From NCBI GenBank assembly GCA_963775425.1, contig CAVZJB010000011.1:480001-544000 (forward strand): a DNA stretch of 64,000 nucleotides. Direction: 5' to 3'. Both the position numbers and the translations under genes were made by a program. A model generated the notes under the pieces. The model was given only the letters and a program-made list of their open reading frames with translations, was not told the origin of the DNA and ran no database searches. The DNA comes from an uncultured delta proteobacterium. Its GTDB lineage: Bacteria; Myxococcota; UBA727; VGSZ01. This document shows positions 23,944-35,914 of the stretch, piece by piece (the stretch's first letter is position 1; each line of letters opens with the position of its first letter).

Positions 23944-25820
23944 GCGCCGCCCCCCTTGTTCAGCTTCTTCCACAGCGCCTCCACGCGCGGGCGGACGGGG
24001 TCGTCGTCGTCCAGGACGCCGCGCGCGCGGGCGGCGACGTCGAGGGCCGCGTGGGCGTCGCCTTGCTTGTCGAGCGCGGCGGCGAGGTGAAAGAGGATCT
24101 CGCCCTCCCCGGGAGAGAGCCTGTCGGCGCGGCGTAGGGTCTCCACGGCCTTGTCGACGTCGCCGGCCACGAGCTGGCACCAGCCGAGCGTGTCGACGAC
24201 GTAGCCGTTCAGCGGGTCCTGCACCACGGCGCGCCAGGCGTAGCGGCGCGCGTCCTCGGCGCGCGCGCCGGCCTCGGCCAACGTGAACGCCACGAAGTTG
24301 AGCTGGTCGAGGCCCTTGAGGCCGCGGTCCATGAGGCGCTCGACAATCTCCACCGCGGGCATCGGCTGCTTCTGCCGGTCGAGGTGGCGCGCGAGCGCGA
24401 ACAGCAGATCGGGATCCTTGGGGCGCGCCCGCAGCGCGTCGTCGAGGACGGCGCGCGCGTGCTCGACGTCGCCGAGCTCCTCGTTCATGCGCGCGACGAC
24501 GGAGACGATGTCGGCGTCGCTCGGGTCCGCGGCGAGGGCGGCGGCGGCGTCCGCGAGCGCGTGGTCCTTGTCGACGCCGCCGGCCTTGGCGACGACGGTC
24601 TCCGCTTCCAGCAGCGGCGGCGACGGGCCGAGCGCGGCGATCCGCTTTTCGAGCACCTTGCCGGCGTCGCGGGGCTTGTGCGCCCGCGCCAGCGCGCGCG
24701 CGCAGACGGCGGCGACGACGGCCGACGCGTCGGCGCCCGCGGGCTCGTCGACGGCGGGGCAGGCGGCGGCGACGGCCTTGTCCGCTTCGTGCGCGGCGAG
24801 GCGCAGCCTCCCAATCTCCGCCGCCGCGCGCGCCGACTTGCGCCCCGCGTGCCCCTCGAGCGCTTCGGCGGCGCGGGCGATCTCCCCGGAGCGCTCGTAG
24901 GCGTCGGCGATGAGCAGGCGCATGTCCTCGCTGCCGTTGTCGTCGAGCCACGCCGTGGCGAGCGCGTCGGCCTCGGCGGTGGCGCCGGCGAGCACGTGCG
25001 CGCTCAAGAGGTCGCGGCGCACGTCGCCGCCGTCGCCGGCGGCCGCGGCCAGCGACCTGGCCACGGGGAGCGCCTCGTCGAAGCGGCCGAGGCCCCACAG
25101 GAGCGTCAGCTTCAAGGAGAGCGCGTCGGCGTCGCCGGCGTCGCGGTCGAGCGCGCGCGCGACGTGCTTGAAGGCGCGCTCGACCTGGCCGCGCTCGGCG
25201 AAGGCGCGCGCGAGGGAGATGTAGCCGTCGACGGCGCCGGGCTCCTTGTCCATGAGCGTCTCGATGACGTGCTCGGCCCCGTCGAGGTCGCCGTCGTCGA
25301 CGAGGAGCTCGGCGAGCTGCATGGAGGTGTCGCGGTCGCCCGGGGCGACGGAGAGGGCCTCGCGGTAGGCCTTGCGCGCGGCGTCGTGGTCGCCGGCCAC
25401 GGACCACGAGGCGCCGACGATGCGCCACGCGGGGACGTACTTGCGGTTGATGGCGAGCGCGTCCTGCGCCGACGCCCGCGCCTGCTCGACGTCGCCGGAC
25501 TCGAGGTAGGCCTCGGCGAGCCGCGTGTGCAGGTACGGCGAGCGCGGGTCGTGGATGACGGCCTCGCGCAACAGTTGGATGCCGGCGGGCACGTCGCCCG
25601 TCTGCAGGCGCATCTCGGCCTCGAGGACGGAGCGATAGGCCTCCGCGGAGATCTCGGGATCCGGCGCCGGCGCCTCGTCCTCGCGCGGCGCGGCGGCCGC
25701 CGCCGGCGGCGGCACGGTGAAAGGCGCGGGCGCCTCGCGCACGGCCGGGGACGACGCGCAGGCGCTCACGGCGCAGACGACGCCGGCGACGACCCCCCCG
25801 AAGCCGGCAGGGCGTCGCAC
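23940..25820 (-). CDS. TPR-repeat lipoprotein
   Basis: VSAC lipobox, many TPR repeats, LNFVAFTLAE...YVVDTLGW...EILFHL C-terminal signature. Confidence 0.85.
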   Translation of the reverse strand: MRRPAGFGGVVAGVVCAVSACASSPAVREAPAPFTVPPPAAAAAPREDEAPAPDPEISAEAYRSVLEAEMRLQTGDVPAGIQLLREAVIHDPRSPYLHTRLAEAYLESGDVEQARASAQDALAINRKYVPAWRIVGASWSVAGDHDAARKAYREALSVAPGDRDTSMQLAELLVDDGDLDGAEHVIETLMDKEPGAVDGYISLARAFAERGQVERAFKHVARALDRDAGDADALSLKLTLLWGLGRFDEALPVARSLAAAAGDGGDVRRDLLSAHVLAGATAEADALATAWLDDNGSEDMRLLIADAYERSGEIARAAEALEGHAGRKSARAAAEIGRLRLAAHEADKAVAAACPAVDEPAGADASAVVAAVCARALARAHKPRDAGKVLEKRIAALGPSPPLLEAETVVAKAGGVDKDHALADAAAALAADPSDADIVSVVARMNEELGDVEHARAVLDDALRARPKDPDLLFALARHLDRQKQPMPAVEIVERLMDRGLKGLDQLNFVAFTLAEAGARAEDARRYAWRAVVQDPLNGYVVDTLGWCQLVAGDVDKAVETLRRADRLSPGEGEILFHLAAALDKQGDAHAALDVAARARGVLDDDDPVRPRVEALWKKLNKGGGA

Positions 25821-25824
25821 GGGA

Positions 25825-26667
25825 TTACTCGACGTCCTTCAGCACCGCGCGCGCGTCGCGCTTGTCGAACTTCTTCCAGTCGTTCGGCACCGACGAGCGC
25901 TTGGCGTTGAGGCACGCGTTGGCCCACTTCTTCGCCTGCGCCTTGTCGCCCTTGTCCCGATAGAATTCGGCGAGGTTGACCATGGTGGGCGTGAAGTTGG
26001 GATCGTGCTTGAGGATCTCGAGGTACGCCTTCTCGGCGCGATCGTCGCTGCCGCCGGCCACCCACGGCACCTTGTGGTCGATCTCGGCGAGCGTCTGCTT
26101 GGCGTAGCTGTGGTGCGGGTTGAGCTGGAGGGCGCGGCCGAGGCCCTTGCGCAGCTCGGGCAGCATGAACAGCGAGTTCATCACGCCGCGGGTGCGACCG
26201 ATGACGGCGAGGTTGGCCATGTCCCAGAAGATGGCGTCGACGTCGTTCTTGTCGATGGCGATGCCCTTCTTGGCGGCGGCGCGGCCCTTCTCGTAGTCGG
26301 CGATCTTGGTCTTGTCGGCGGTCTCGAGGTCGCCGAGGCGCAGCCACGCCCGCGACTCGTCGGCGTAGCCGGCGGCGCGCGCCTTGGCGGACAAAGAGGC
26401 GTCACCGAGCTTCTTTTCGTACAGATCGATGGCCTTTTTGAGGTTGGCCTTGGTGTTGGCCTGCACCTCGACGAGGTCCTTGGCCTCGGCCAGGGGATCC
26501 GCGGGCGCGGCCGGCGCTGCGTCCGCGGGGGGCGCGTCGGCGGCGGGCGCCGCCGGGGCGGCGGGCGCGGGCGCAGCGGCGGGCGGCGCGTCGGCGCGTG
26601 CGTGCCCCACGGCGAGCGCGGCGCAGGTGAGCAGGGCGAGCGAAGCGGGCTTGACGGACGACGACAT
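25825..26667 (-). CDS. Secreted TPR-like helical protein
   Basis: Signal peptide ending ARA, PA-rich linker, helical repeats (DAIFWDMANL, KVPWVAGGS). Confidence 0.7.
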   Translation of the reverse strand: MSSSVKPASLALLTCAALAVGHARADAPPAAAPAPAAPAAPAADAPPADAAPAAPADPLAEAKDLVEVQANTKANLKKAIDLYEKKLGDASLSAKARAAGYADESRAWLRLGDLETADKTKIADYEKGRAAAKKGIAIDKNDVDAIFWDMANLAVIGRTRGVMNSLFMLPELRKGLGRALQLNPHHSYAKQTLAEIDHKVPWVAGGSDDRAEKAYLEILKHDPNFTPTMVNLAEFYRDKGDKAQAKKWANACLNAKRSSVPNDWKKFDKRDARAVLKDVE

Positions 26668-26722
26668 GGGCACCCCGGGGAACGGCGACCGCAGGAGCGG
26701 CCGCCCGAGCAACGGGCGCAGC

Positions 26723-27400
26723 CTAGTGCATCCGGGCGGTCTCCGTCGCGATGCTTTGCAGGAGCAAGGTGGCGAGCGCATCGTTGGCGCACCTGAGACG
26801 ACGGGCGACCGAGCTTTCTTCGAGCGCCCGCTGACGCGCCGCGACGTCCTCGAGGACGGCCGCGCACACGACGTCGGCGAGCACCCGAGGCTCCTGCACC
26901 CGGAGCGGGAGGTCGCCGAGCGTGTCCTTGCTGTCCGGACACGCCTCGAGCAAGCGCGCGTAGCACGAGCGCAGCGCGCGCAGCTCCGCGTGCGCGTCTT
27001 CGCCGTCGTCGCCGCACTCCACGAGCGCGGCGGCGGCGCGGCGATAGAGCTTGCCGTCGGCGGGCAGCTCGTCGACGAGCTCCGCGCGCGCGACGCCCTG
27101 CAGCAGGATGTGGAAGCGACCGTCGGGCAGCCGCTCGTGGTGCACGATGCGGCCGACGCCGGCGACGCGGGCGACGCCGGCGACGGGAGCGTCGAGGCAA
27201 TCGTCGTCGATGCGCACCACCGCGAAGTGCTGGTGTCCCGCGAGCACGTCTTCGGTGAGCGCCCGGTAGCGGGGCTCGAACACGTGAAGCGGCAGCAGCG
27301 TGTGCGGGAAGAAGACCGTGCCGGGGAGCGGGAACAGCGGCAGCTCGCGCAGCGCCGTTTCGAGGTTGCCGTCGAGAGCGAGCGCGGCGCGCCGCTTCAT
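26723..27400 (-). CDS. LON peptidase substrate-binding (N-terminal) domain protein
   Basis: LPLFPLPGTVFFPHTLLPLHVFEPRYR, LPDGRFHILLQG. Confidence 0.9.
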   Translation of the reverse strand: MKRRAALALDGNLETALRELPLFPLPGTVFFPHTLLPLHVFEPRYRALTEDVLAGHQHFAVVRIDDDCLDAPVAGVARVAGVGRIVHHERLPDGRFHILLQGVARAELVDELPADGKLYRRAAAALVECGDDGEDAHAELRALRSCYARLLEACPDSKDTLGDLPLRVQEPRVLADVVCAAVLEDVAARQRALEESSVARRLRCANDALATLLLQSIATETARMH

Positions 27401-27440
27401 GTGGGGTTCTCAACGACCACGGTTCGCGTAGTCTAGCAAA

Positions 27441-28040
27441 GTGAGCGACGAGCACGAGCACCGTATCGGACTCGAGCCGAGCCGCCCCTTCGACGGGCCC
27501 GCGTTCGAGGAGGCCGTGCGGGCGCTCGTGCGGGCCTGCGGCGTCGACGACGAGCCGCACATGGCGGAGACGGCGTCGCGGGTGCGCGCCCTGTGGGAAA
27601 AGCGACTGCTCGGCGGCTACGGACAGGATCTGGCGCGCGTCCTCGGCGCGGGCTTCGAAGACACGCGCGAAGACCTCGTGGTCATCCGCGGGATCTCGGT
27701 GCACGGCGTCTGCCCCCACCACCTCGTCCCCTTCCGTGGCGTCGCCCACGTCGCGTACGTCCCCGGCGGCCGCCTCCACGGCTTCGGCCGCATCGCGCGC
27801 CTCGTCGACGCCGTCGCCCACCGCTTCACCTACCAGGAGTGGCTCACGCGCGACGTCGCCGACGCCCTCGTCGAGCACGGCAAGGCCAAGGGTGCCGCGT
27901 GCATCGTCGAGGCCGAGCAGCTCTGCCTGCTGCTCGGCGAGGACCGCCGCGGCGAGGAGCGCGTGGTGACGCGCGCCTACGCGGGCGCGTTCGGGACGGA
28001 ATTGCAGGCCGAGCTCCACCGCCTGGTGGATCTGCGATAG
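27441..28040 (+). CDS. folE: GTP cyclohydrolase I (FolE) homolog, divergent
   Basis: ETASRV, VVIRGISVHGVCPHHLVPFRGVAHVAYVP, YQEWLT, VEAEQLC. Confidence 0.8.
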   Translation: MSDEHEHRIGLEPSRPFDGPAFEEAVRALVRACGVDDEPHMAETASRVRALWEKRLLGGYGQDLARVLGAGFEDTREDLVVIRGISVHGVCPHHLVPFRGVAHVAYVPGGRLHGFGRIARLVDAVAHRFTYQEWLTRDVADALVEHGKAKGAACIVEAEQLCLLLGEDRRGEERVVTRAYAGAFGTELQAELHRLVDLR

Positions 28041-28086
28041 ACGGGCCCTGACGCGCCGCGTAACCTCCCGGGACGGGGCGATCCCG

Positions 28087-29834
<1,748 letters not shown>

Positions 29835-29835
<1 letters not shown>

Positions 29836-30446
29836 TGTCGAGCGCCCGCCCCGCGGGCGCGGCGGCAATGGGGGCGCGCGCGGTCGCCGTCGTCGTCCGC
29901 GCCGGTGTCGTCGCCGCCGGTGTCGTGGCCGCCGGCGCCGCCGTCGCATGCACGCCCACGCCCGCGCCCGCGCCCGCGGCGGCGGCCGGCGGCCCGGTGA
30001 GCGACGACGGCGGCGCGGCGCACGACGCGCCGGCGGCGCGCGGGGCCCGCTCGATCAGCGACCGGACGGAGCGGCCGCGCTTGATCGACGCGCCCGCCGG
30101 AGAGGTGACGAGCGTCGTCACCGCGCAGCGGGCGGAGAGCGCGCGCGCGGGGCGGCGCCTGCTGGTGTACGTCGGCGCCACGTGGTGCGAGCCGTGTCAG
30201 CGCTTCCATCAAGCCGTGGCGCGCCACGAGCTCGACGACCTGCTCGCCGGCGTCGACCTCCTCGTGTTCGATCTCGACAAGGACCGCGAGCGGCTCGACG
30301 CCGCCGGCTACGGCTCCCGCTTGATCCCGCTCCTCGTCGTCCCCGACGGCGCCGGCCGCGGCACGGCGCGGCGCATGGAGGGCTCCATCAAGGGCCCCGG
30401 CGCCGTCGACAACATGGCGCCCCGCCTGCGCGCGCTCCTGCGCTGA
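29835..30446 (+). CDS. Thioredoxin-family lipoprotein
   Basis: VYVGATWCEPCQRF CxxC motif; AVAC lipobox; TGATG overlap with the kinase stop. Confidence 0.8.
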
Positions 30447-30460
30447 CGCGCGCCCGGCCC

Positions 30461-30504
30461 TTGCGCCGGAAGCGCGCGCCCCGCTACACTGAACAAACGT
30501 TCAG
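30461..30504 (+). promoter_or_regulatory. dinB promoter with LexA (SOS) box
   Basis: TTGCGC(30461)-18 bp-TACACT(30485); palindrome CTGAAC-AAAC-GTTCAG (30489-30504) resembles the M. xanthus LexA consensus CTRHAMRYBYGTTCAGS. Confidence 0.75.
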
Positions 30505-30521
30505 AATCGGGGGACGGCGCC

Positions 30522-31763
30522 ATGCCCGAGCCACCGCCGGCGCGGATCTGCTGCCTCGACCTCGACACGTTCTTCGTGTCGGTGGAGCGCATCCTGGACC
30601 CGCGCCTCGTGGGGGTGCCGGTCGTCGTGGGCGGGCCGCGCGGCGGCCGCGGCGTGGTGACCGCCGCCAGCTACGAGGTGCGGCCGCACGGTGTCCGCTC
30701 CGGCATCTCGCTCGTCGAAGCCGATCGCCTCGCGCCGCCGGACACCGTCTTCCTGTCGGGCACGCACGGCGTGTACGCCGACTACGCGCAGAAGGTCCGC
30801 CTCATCGCGCAGGACTTCACGCCCGAGAGCCGCGTCGCGAGCATCGACGAGATGTACCTCGACTTTCGCGGCTGCGAGCTGCTCTACCAACGCCCCGGCG
30901 ACGCCGACGGCGACGCCGTCATCGCGCGCGTGTGCCGCGAGATGACCAACCGCATCCGCGACGAGCTCGGCCTGCCGGCGAGCTGCGGCATCGGCTCGAC
31001 GAAGACCATCGCGAAGGTCGCCTCGGGCGTGGCCAAGCCCGCGGGCGTTCGCCTCGTGCGCGCCGGCGAGGAGGCCGCGTTCCTCGCGCCGCTCCCGGTG
31101 CGCAAGCTCCCGGGCATCGGCCCGGTGGCGGAGCGGCACCTCGTCGCCCTGGGCATCGCCACGCTCGGGGCGCTCGCGGCCACGCCGCTCGACGTGCTGC
31201 AGCCGGTCTTCGGCATGCGCGCCAGGGAGCTCCGGGCGCGCGCGCAGGGCTTTGGCAGCGCCGAGCTCGGCCGGGAGCGCCCGCACTTCCGCGAGCACGA
31301 CCCCGAGGGCGAGACGCTCGGCAGCATCTCCAACGAGCGCACCTTCTCCGAGGACCTCCGCGATCCGCGCGACGTGCAAGCGCGCCTGTGCGCGCTGGTC
31401 GAGCGCGTGTGTTGGCGCGCGCGCAAGCGGGGCGTGAAGGGGCGCACCGTCACGCTCAAGCTGCGCTACGCCGACTTCCAGACCCTCACGCGCAGCCGCA
31501 CGTTCGCCGCCGCCACGAATTCCGAGCTCGATGTCCTGCCCGTGCTGCTCGCGCTCTACACGAAGGCGCGGACGCGCGACACGCGGGTGAGGCTCGTGGG
31601 CGTGCAGCTCAGCAACCTGTCGACGCAGGACCCGCAGCTCGCACTGGAGCTCGACGTACAGGAGCGCCTCCACAAGAGCGTCGACTCCATCCGTGACAAG
31701 TACGGCTTCGACGCCGTCGGCGCCGCCGAGGCCCGCAAGCGGCGGCCACGCCGGCCGCGGTGA
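30522..31763 (+). CDS. dinB: DNA polymerase IV
   Basis: CLDLDTFFVSVE, VVTAASYEVR, ASIDEMYLD, AKVAS...KPAG, LPGIG, TVTLKLRYADF, VRLVGV. Confidence 0.95.
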   Translation: MPEPPPARICCLDLDTFFVSVERILDPRLVGVPVVVGGPRGGRGVVTAASYEVRPHGVRSGISLVEADRLAPPDTVFLSGTHGVYADYAQKVRLIAQDFTPESRVASIDEMYLDFRGCELLYQRPGDADGDAVIARVCREMTNRIRDELGLPASCGIGSTKTIAKVASGVAKPAGVRLVRAGEEAAFLAPLPVRKLPGIGPVAERHLVALGIATLGALAATPLDVLQPVFGMRARELRARAQGFGSAELGRERPHFREHDPEGETLGSISNERTFSEDLRDPRDVQARLCALVERVCWRARKRGVKGRTVTLKLRYADFQTLTRSRTFAAATNSELDVLPVLLALYTKARTRDTRVRLVGVQLSNLSTQDPQLALELDVQERLHKSVDSIRDKYGFDAVGAAEARKRRPRRPR

Positions 31764-31856
31764 TCGCGCCGGCGCGCTCCTGGGGCTCGCTCGCGGCCGC
31801 GCCGCCGGGGTCCCCGACACGCCAGCGGCGCGGAGGACGCGGCGTTAGGCTTGGGG

Positions 31857-33110
31857 ATGCTCGACGTGATCGTCGTCGGCGCGGGCGTCGCCGGGCTCGC
31901 GTGCGCGCAGGCGCTGGTGCGGGGCGGGGCGAACGTGCGTGTGCTCGAGGCCCGTGATCGCATCGGCGGTCGCGTGTGGACCGCGCACGACGACGCGCTC
32001 CCGGTCGCCGTCGAGCTCGGCGCCGAATTCCTGCACGGCCGGCTTCACGCCGCCGAGCGCGTCGCGCGCGAGCACGGCCTGCTCGTCGTCGACGTCGCCG
32101 GCGAGCCCCGCACCGTGCGGCGCGGCAGGCTGCTGCCTGTCGGCGCAGGCGGCGGCGACCTGTGGCGCGCGCAAGCGGAGCTGATGGCGCGGCTCCCCGC
32201 GCGTGGAGCCGATATGTCGTTCGACGACTTCCTCGCGCGAGAGCCGGGCGGGCGAAAGCTCGCGCCGGCGCGCGAGATGGCGCGGCGCTTCACCGAGGGC
32301 TTCGACGCCGTCGACGCCGAGAGCGTGAGCGCCCAATCGCTCGCGTGGAGCTTCGACATGCAGAGCGGGCGGCTGCCGCACGGCTACGACGGCGTCGTCA
32401 ACGCGCTGGCCGAAGGCGTGCGCGGCCGCGTCGTCACCGGCGCCGTCGTCGAGCGCGTGACGTGGTCCCGCGGCCGCGTGGAGCTGCGCGGCGTGCGCGC
32501 CGGCGGCCGGCGCTTGCGCGAAGCGGCGCGGGCCGTCGTCGTCGCGGTGCCCATCGGCGTGCTCCTCGCGGGGACGCCCGCGATCGAGCCGATGCCGAAG
32601 AAGCTGAGCGCGGCGCTCGACGGGCTCGGCACCGCGCGCGCGGTGCGCGTCTCGCTCTTGTTGCGCGAGCCTCTGTGGGACGACGACGTCTCCTTCGTCC
32701 GCGGCGACGACCCGCTCTTTCCCACGTGGTGGACGGCGTACCCCGCGCGCGCCCCGCTCCTCACGCTCTGGGCCGGCGGGCCCTGCGCCGACCGCCTGGC
32801 GGCCCTTGACGACGACGCCCGCCGGGCCGCCGCCGTCGCCGCCGTCGCGCGCGCCCTCGGCAAGACGCCGCGGAGCGTCGCGCAGCTCGTGCGGCGCTCG
32901 TGGACCCACGACTGGCAGCGCGATCCGTTCGCGCTTTGCGCCTACAGCTACCGGCGCGTCGGCGGCGTCGCCCCTTCGCGCGCGCTCGAGAGGCCGTTCG
33001 AGCGCACGCTCTTGTTCGCGGGCGAGCACACCGTGGAGGCCGCCCACGCCGGCACCGTCGACGGCGCCATCGTCAGCGGCCTCCGTGCCGCGCGGCAGCT
33101 CCTCGCCTGA
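31857..33110 (+). CDS. Flavin monoamine oxidase family protein
   Basis: VVGAGVAGLA, LEARDRIGGRV, ELGAEFLHG, DWQRDPFALCAYS, FAGEHT...GTVDGAIVSGLRAA. Confidence 0.9.
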   Translation: MLDVIVVGAGVAGLACAQALVRGGANVRVLEARDRIGGRVWTAHDDALPVAVELGAEFLHGRLHAAERVAREHGLLVVDVAGEPRTVRRGRLLPVGAGGGDLWRAQAELMARLPARGADMSFDDFLAREPGGRKLAPAREMARRFTEGFDAVDAESVSAQSLAWSFDMQSGRLPHGYDGVVNALAEGVRGRVVTGAVVERVTWSRGRVELRGVRAGGRRLREAARAVVVAVPIGVLLAGTPAIEPMPKKLSAALDGLGTARAVRVSLLLREPLWDDDVSFVRGDDPLFPTWWTAYPARAPLLTLWAGGPCADRLAALDDDARRAAAVAAVARALGKTPRSVAQLVRRSWTHDWQRDPFALCAYSYRRVGGVAPSRALERPFERTLLFAGEHTVEAAHAGTVDGAIVSGLRAARQLLA

Positions 33111-33159
33111 TGAGGCGCGCTGCGGGCCCGGTGGTGGCCGTGGCGAGCGCCGCGGCGCC

Positions 33160-34185
33160 TCAAAGCAGGAGCGAGCGGTACTTCGGGAGGTTCTCGAGCA
33201 CGGTGCCGACGCCGTCGACGACGGCGTGCAGCGGGTTCTCGGCGACGAACACCGGCAGCGCGCACTCCTCGGACAACAGCACGTCGAGGTTCTTGATCAT
33301 CGCGCCGCCGCCGCACAGGACGATGCCGCGATCGATGATGTCGGCGGAGAGCTCCGGCGGGGTCTTCTCCAGGGTGGCCTTCACCGCGGAGACGATCTGG
33401 CGGACGTTGTCGTTCATGGCCTCGCGGATCTCGACCGACGTGAGCGTGATGGAGCGGGGCACGCCCGTGATGAGGTCGCGGCCCTTCACTTCGATGTCGA
33501 GCTCGTCGTCGAGGGCGTAGGCGGAGCCGATCTTCATCTTGATGAGCTCGGCGGTGCGCTCCCCGATGAGGATGTTGTGGCGCTTGCGCACGTAGTTGAC
33601 GATGGAGTCGTCGAGCTTGTCTCCGGCGACGCGCAGCGTCTGCGAGGAGACGAGCCCGCCGAGCGAGATCACGGCGACGTCGGTGGTGCCGCCGCCGATG
33701 TCGATGATCATCGAGCCACGCGCGTCCTGCACGGGGAGCCCGGCGCCGACGGCGGCGGCCATCGGCTGCTCGATCAGGTGCACCTCGCGCACACCGGCGC
33801 CGACGGCGGCTTCGCGCACGGCCTTCTGCTCGATGGACGTGATGCCCGCGGGCACGGAGATGATCAGGCGCGAGCGGGCGAAGTACTTCTTGTCATTGGC
33901 CTTCTCGATGAAGGACTTGATCATCGCCTCGGTGACGGTGAAGTCGGCGATGACGCCGTCGCGCATGGGGCGGATGGCGGTGATGTTGCCCGGCGTCTTG
34001 CCGAGCATCTCCTTGGCGTCCCGGCCGACCGCGAGCACCTTGGTCTGGTGGCCGTTCTTGGTGATGGCGACGACGGAGGGCTCGTTGAGCACCACCCCTT
34101 TGCCGCGCACGTGCACGAGGGTGTTGGCCGTCCCGAGGTCGATGGCGAGGTCGGTGGAAAAGAGGGAGGTGAGCTTCTCGAACAC
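33160..34185 (-). CDS. mreB: Rod shape-determining actin-like protein MreB (no adjacent mreCD)
   Basis: DLAIDLGTANTLV, EPSVVA, IRPMRDGVIADF, DIGGGTTDVAVISLGG, IGERTAE, TPPELSADI, GGGA. Confidence 0.95.
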   Translation of the reverse strand: MFEKLTSLFSTDLAIDLGTANTLVHVRGKGVVLNEPSVVAITKNGHQTKVLAVGRDAKEMLGKTPGNITAIRPMRDGVIADFTVTEAMIKSFIEKANDKKYFARSRLIISVPAGITSIEQKAVREAAVGAGVREVHLIEQPMAAAVGAGLPVQDARGSMIIDIGGGTTDVAVISLGGLVSSQTLRVAGDKLDDSIVNYVRKRHNILIGERTAELIKMKIGSAYALDDELDIEVKGRDLITGVPRSITLTSVEIREAMNDNVRQIVSAVKATLEKTPPELSADIIDRGIVLCGGGAMIKNLDVLLSEECALPVFVAENPLHAVVDGVGTVLENLPKYRSLLL

Positions 34186-34246
34186 GGTGGGCCTGGGCTG
34201 CGGTGACGACACGGTCGCCACTCTAGTCCAAACCCTTGTGTCCGTG

Positions 34247-34408
34247 TCACCCCTGGGACCGGCGCGAGAGCTCCTCCTCGAGCGCGCGCCACTCGTCCTC
34301 GACGTCGGTTGGCGTGGGCAGCGACTCGAGCGCCGCCATCTGCGACTGGTAGGCAAGCTCGCTTTTGCGGGCGAGCAGCTCCTCGGTGGTCTTTTCGTTC
34401 AGGCTCAT
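34247..34408 (-). CDS. 53-aa acidic helical small protein
   Basis: Not in the ORF track: MSLNEKTTEELLARKSELAYQSQMAALESLPTPTDVEDEWRALEEELSRRSQG; ATG overlaps the upstream TGA (ATGA); GC-rich third codon positions. Confidence 0.7.
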   Translation of the reverse strand: MSLNEKTTEELLARKSELAYQSQMAALESLPTPTDVEDEWRALEEELSRRSQG

Positions 34409-35914
34409 CCGATGAGCTCCTCCTGCCGCAGCAGGCGCACGCCCTCGTCGCGCAGCCGTCGGGCGAACATCATTTGCTTCGGGTCGGTGTAGTCGAGCTT
34501 GCCGTCGAGATAGGGAAACTTTCCGTCGGCGGTATGGGCCGTGGTGCCGGGCGGTTGCCCCTGGGCCCAGCGCTCGAGCTGGCTCATCACGCGCTTCACC
34601 GCCTGCTCGGTGCGAGCGAGCCCGCGGTCGTACAGCGGGAGCACGTCGGGGCTGATGACGCTGCGCGCGTCCCGGAAGCTCGACCTGGCGCTGGCGACGC
34701 CGGGCTCAAGAGAGACGAGCCCGTCGATGAGCAGCGGCTCGCGCAGCGCCAGCGGCTGATCGGGGCCGTGGAGCGCGGCCAGCTTGGCCCAGCCGTCGGG
34801 GCAGGCGTAGTTGACGAGGCTGTCGGCGTCGATGACGGCGCGCGCGGCGGCGTAGTGCCGGGAGCCCTCGTGGGGCACGGTCCACGCGAGGACGCCGATC
34901 TTCTCGAGGGCGGCCTTCTCGTCGGGGGAAAACGCGATCTGCGACTTGTCGGCGGTGAGGTTCTTGTCGTTCAGCGGGTCGGCGATCTTGGCGGTGATGG
35001 AGCCGACGAGCGCGCTGTCGACGCCGGCGCCTTTGAGCCCCATGGCGACGCCCACGAACGCCATGAACCGGGGTGGGCCGATCTGGTGCTCGAGCACCGC
35101 CTTGACGACGTCCTCGACGACGTCGGCGCCGAGGTTCATGCGCTCCAGCACCCGCTTGGCCGCCTGCGCCCCGTGGACGTTGTGCACGATGAAATTGGCC
35201 GGCGTCTTCACCGCGTCCGACATGGCCGAGGCCAGCACCGCCACCTCGGTGTCCCGTGGCGAGAAGATCCTTCTGGAGCGCCACGTCGAGGACGCGCGTG
35301 AGCTCGAGGCGCGTGTGCTTCCAGTTGACGTCCTGGTACGCGACGCCGCCGAGCTTGTCGCCGACGGCGGCGCCGACGGTCTGGTAGCCGCGCTTCACCT
35401 CGGCGAGCACGTCGAGGATGTGCTCCTTCTGCTGCGCCGACAGGCCCGGGTGCGCGTCGAGCTTGTCGAGGATGCTCTCGAGCTTGCCGTCGGGGCCGCG
35501 CGTGCTCGCCCCGCCGAGGTCGCGCACGAGGGCCTCGCGGGCTTCGCGCTTGTCCCCGGCCGACAGCGCGGGGAACTGCTCGTCGATGGGCACCTGGGGC
35601 GCCACCGGGGTCTTGAGCCCGGGGATCTCCTTGAGGGGGACGCCCTGCTTGAGCGCGTGGAATTGCAGCGCCGCGCCCTTGTGTCCGCCGAAAGAGGCGC
35701 TCCGGGCGGCCGTGCCCATCGACGTCAGCAAGGCCGGCGGCGGCTTGCCGCCGTAGACGTCGCGAAAGAGCGCCGTGAGCGTGGCGTCGAACGCCGGCCC
35801 CACACCGGACTTCTTCGCGCTCTCGCGGAGCTGGTCGAGCTCGGTGCGGGTGGCCGTGGTGACCGGCTGCCGCCGCAGGGTGTGGGCGCGCGCGTTCAGC
35901 TCCGCCAGGTTCAT
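34405..35914 (-). CDS. HD-domain-like protein (~502 aa), split by a +1 frameshift at 35264-35265
   Basis: Removing one base joins ORFs 34706-35914 and 34405-35244 (...QKDLSPRDTEVAVLASAMSDAVK...); motifs WKHTRLE, MSDAVK, HNVHGA, AVLEHQ, AVIDADSL have HD-fold spacing. Confidence 0.65.
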
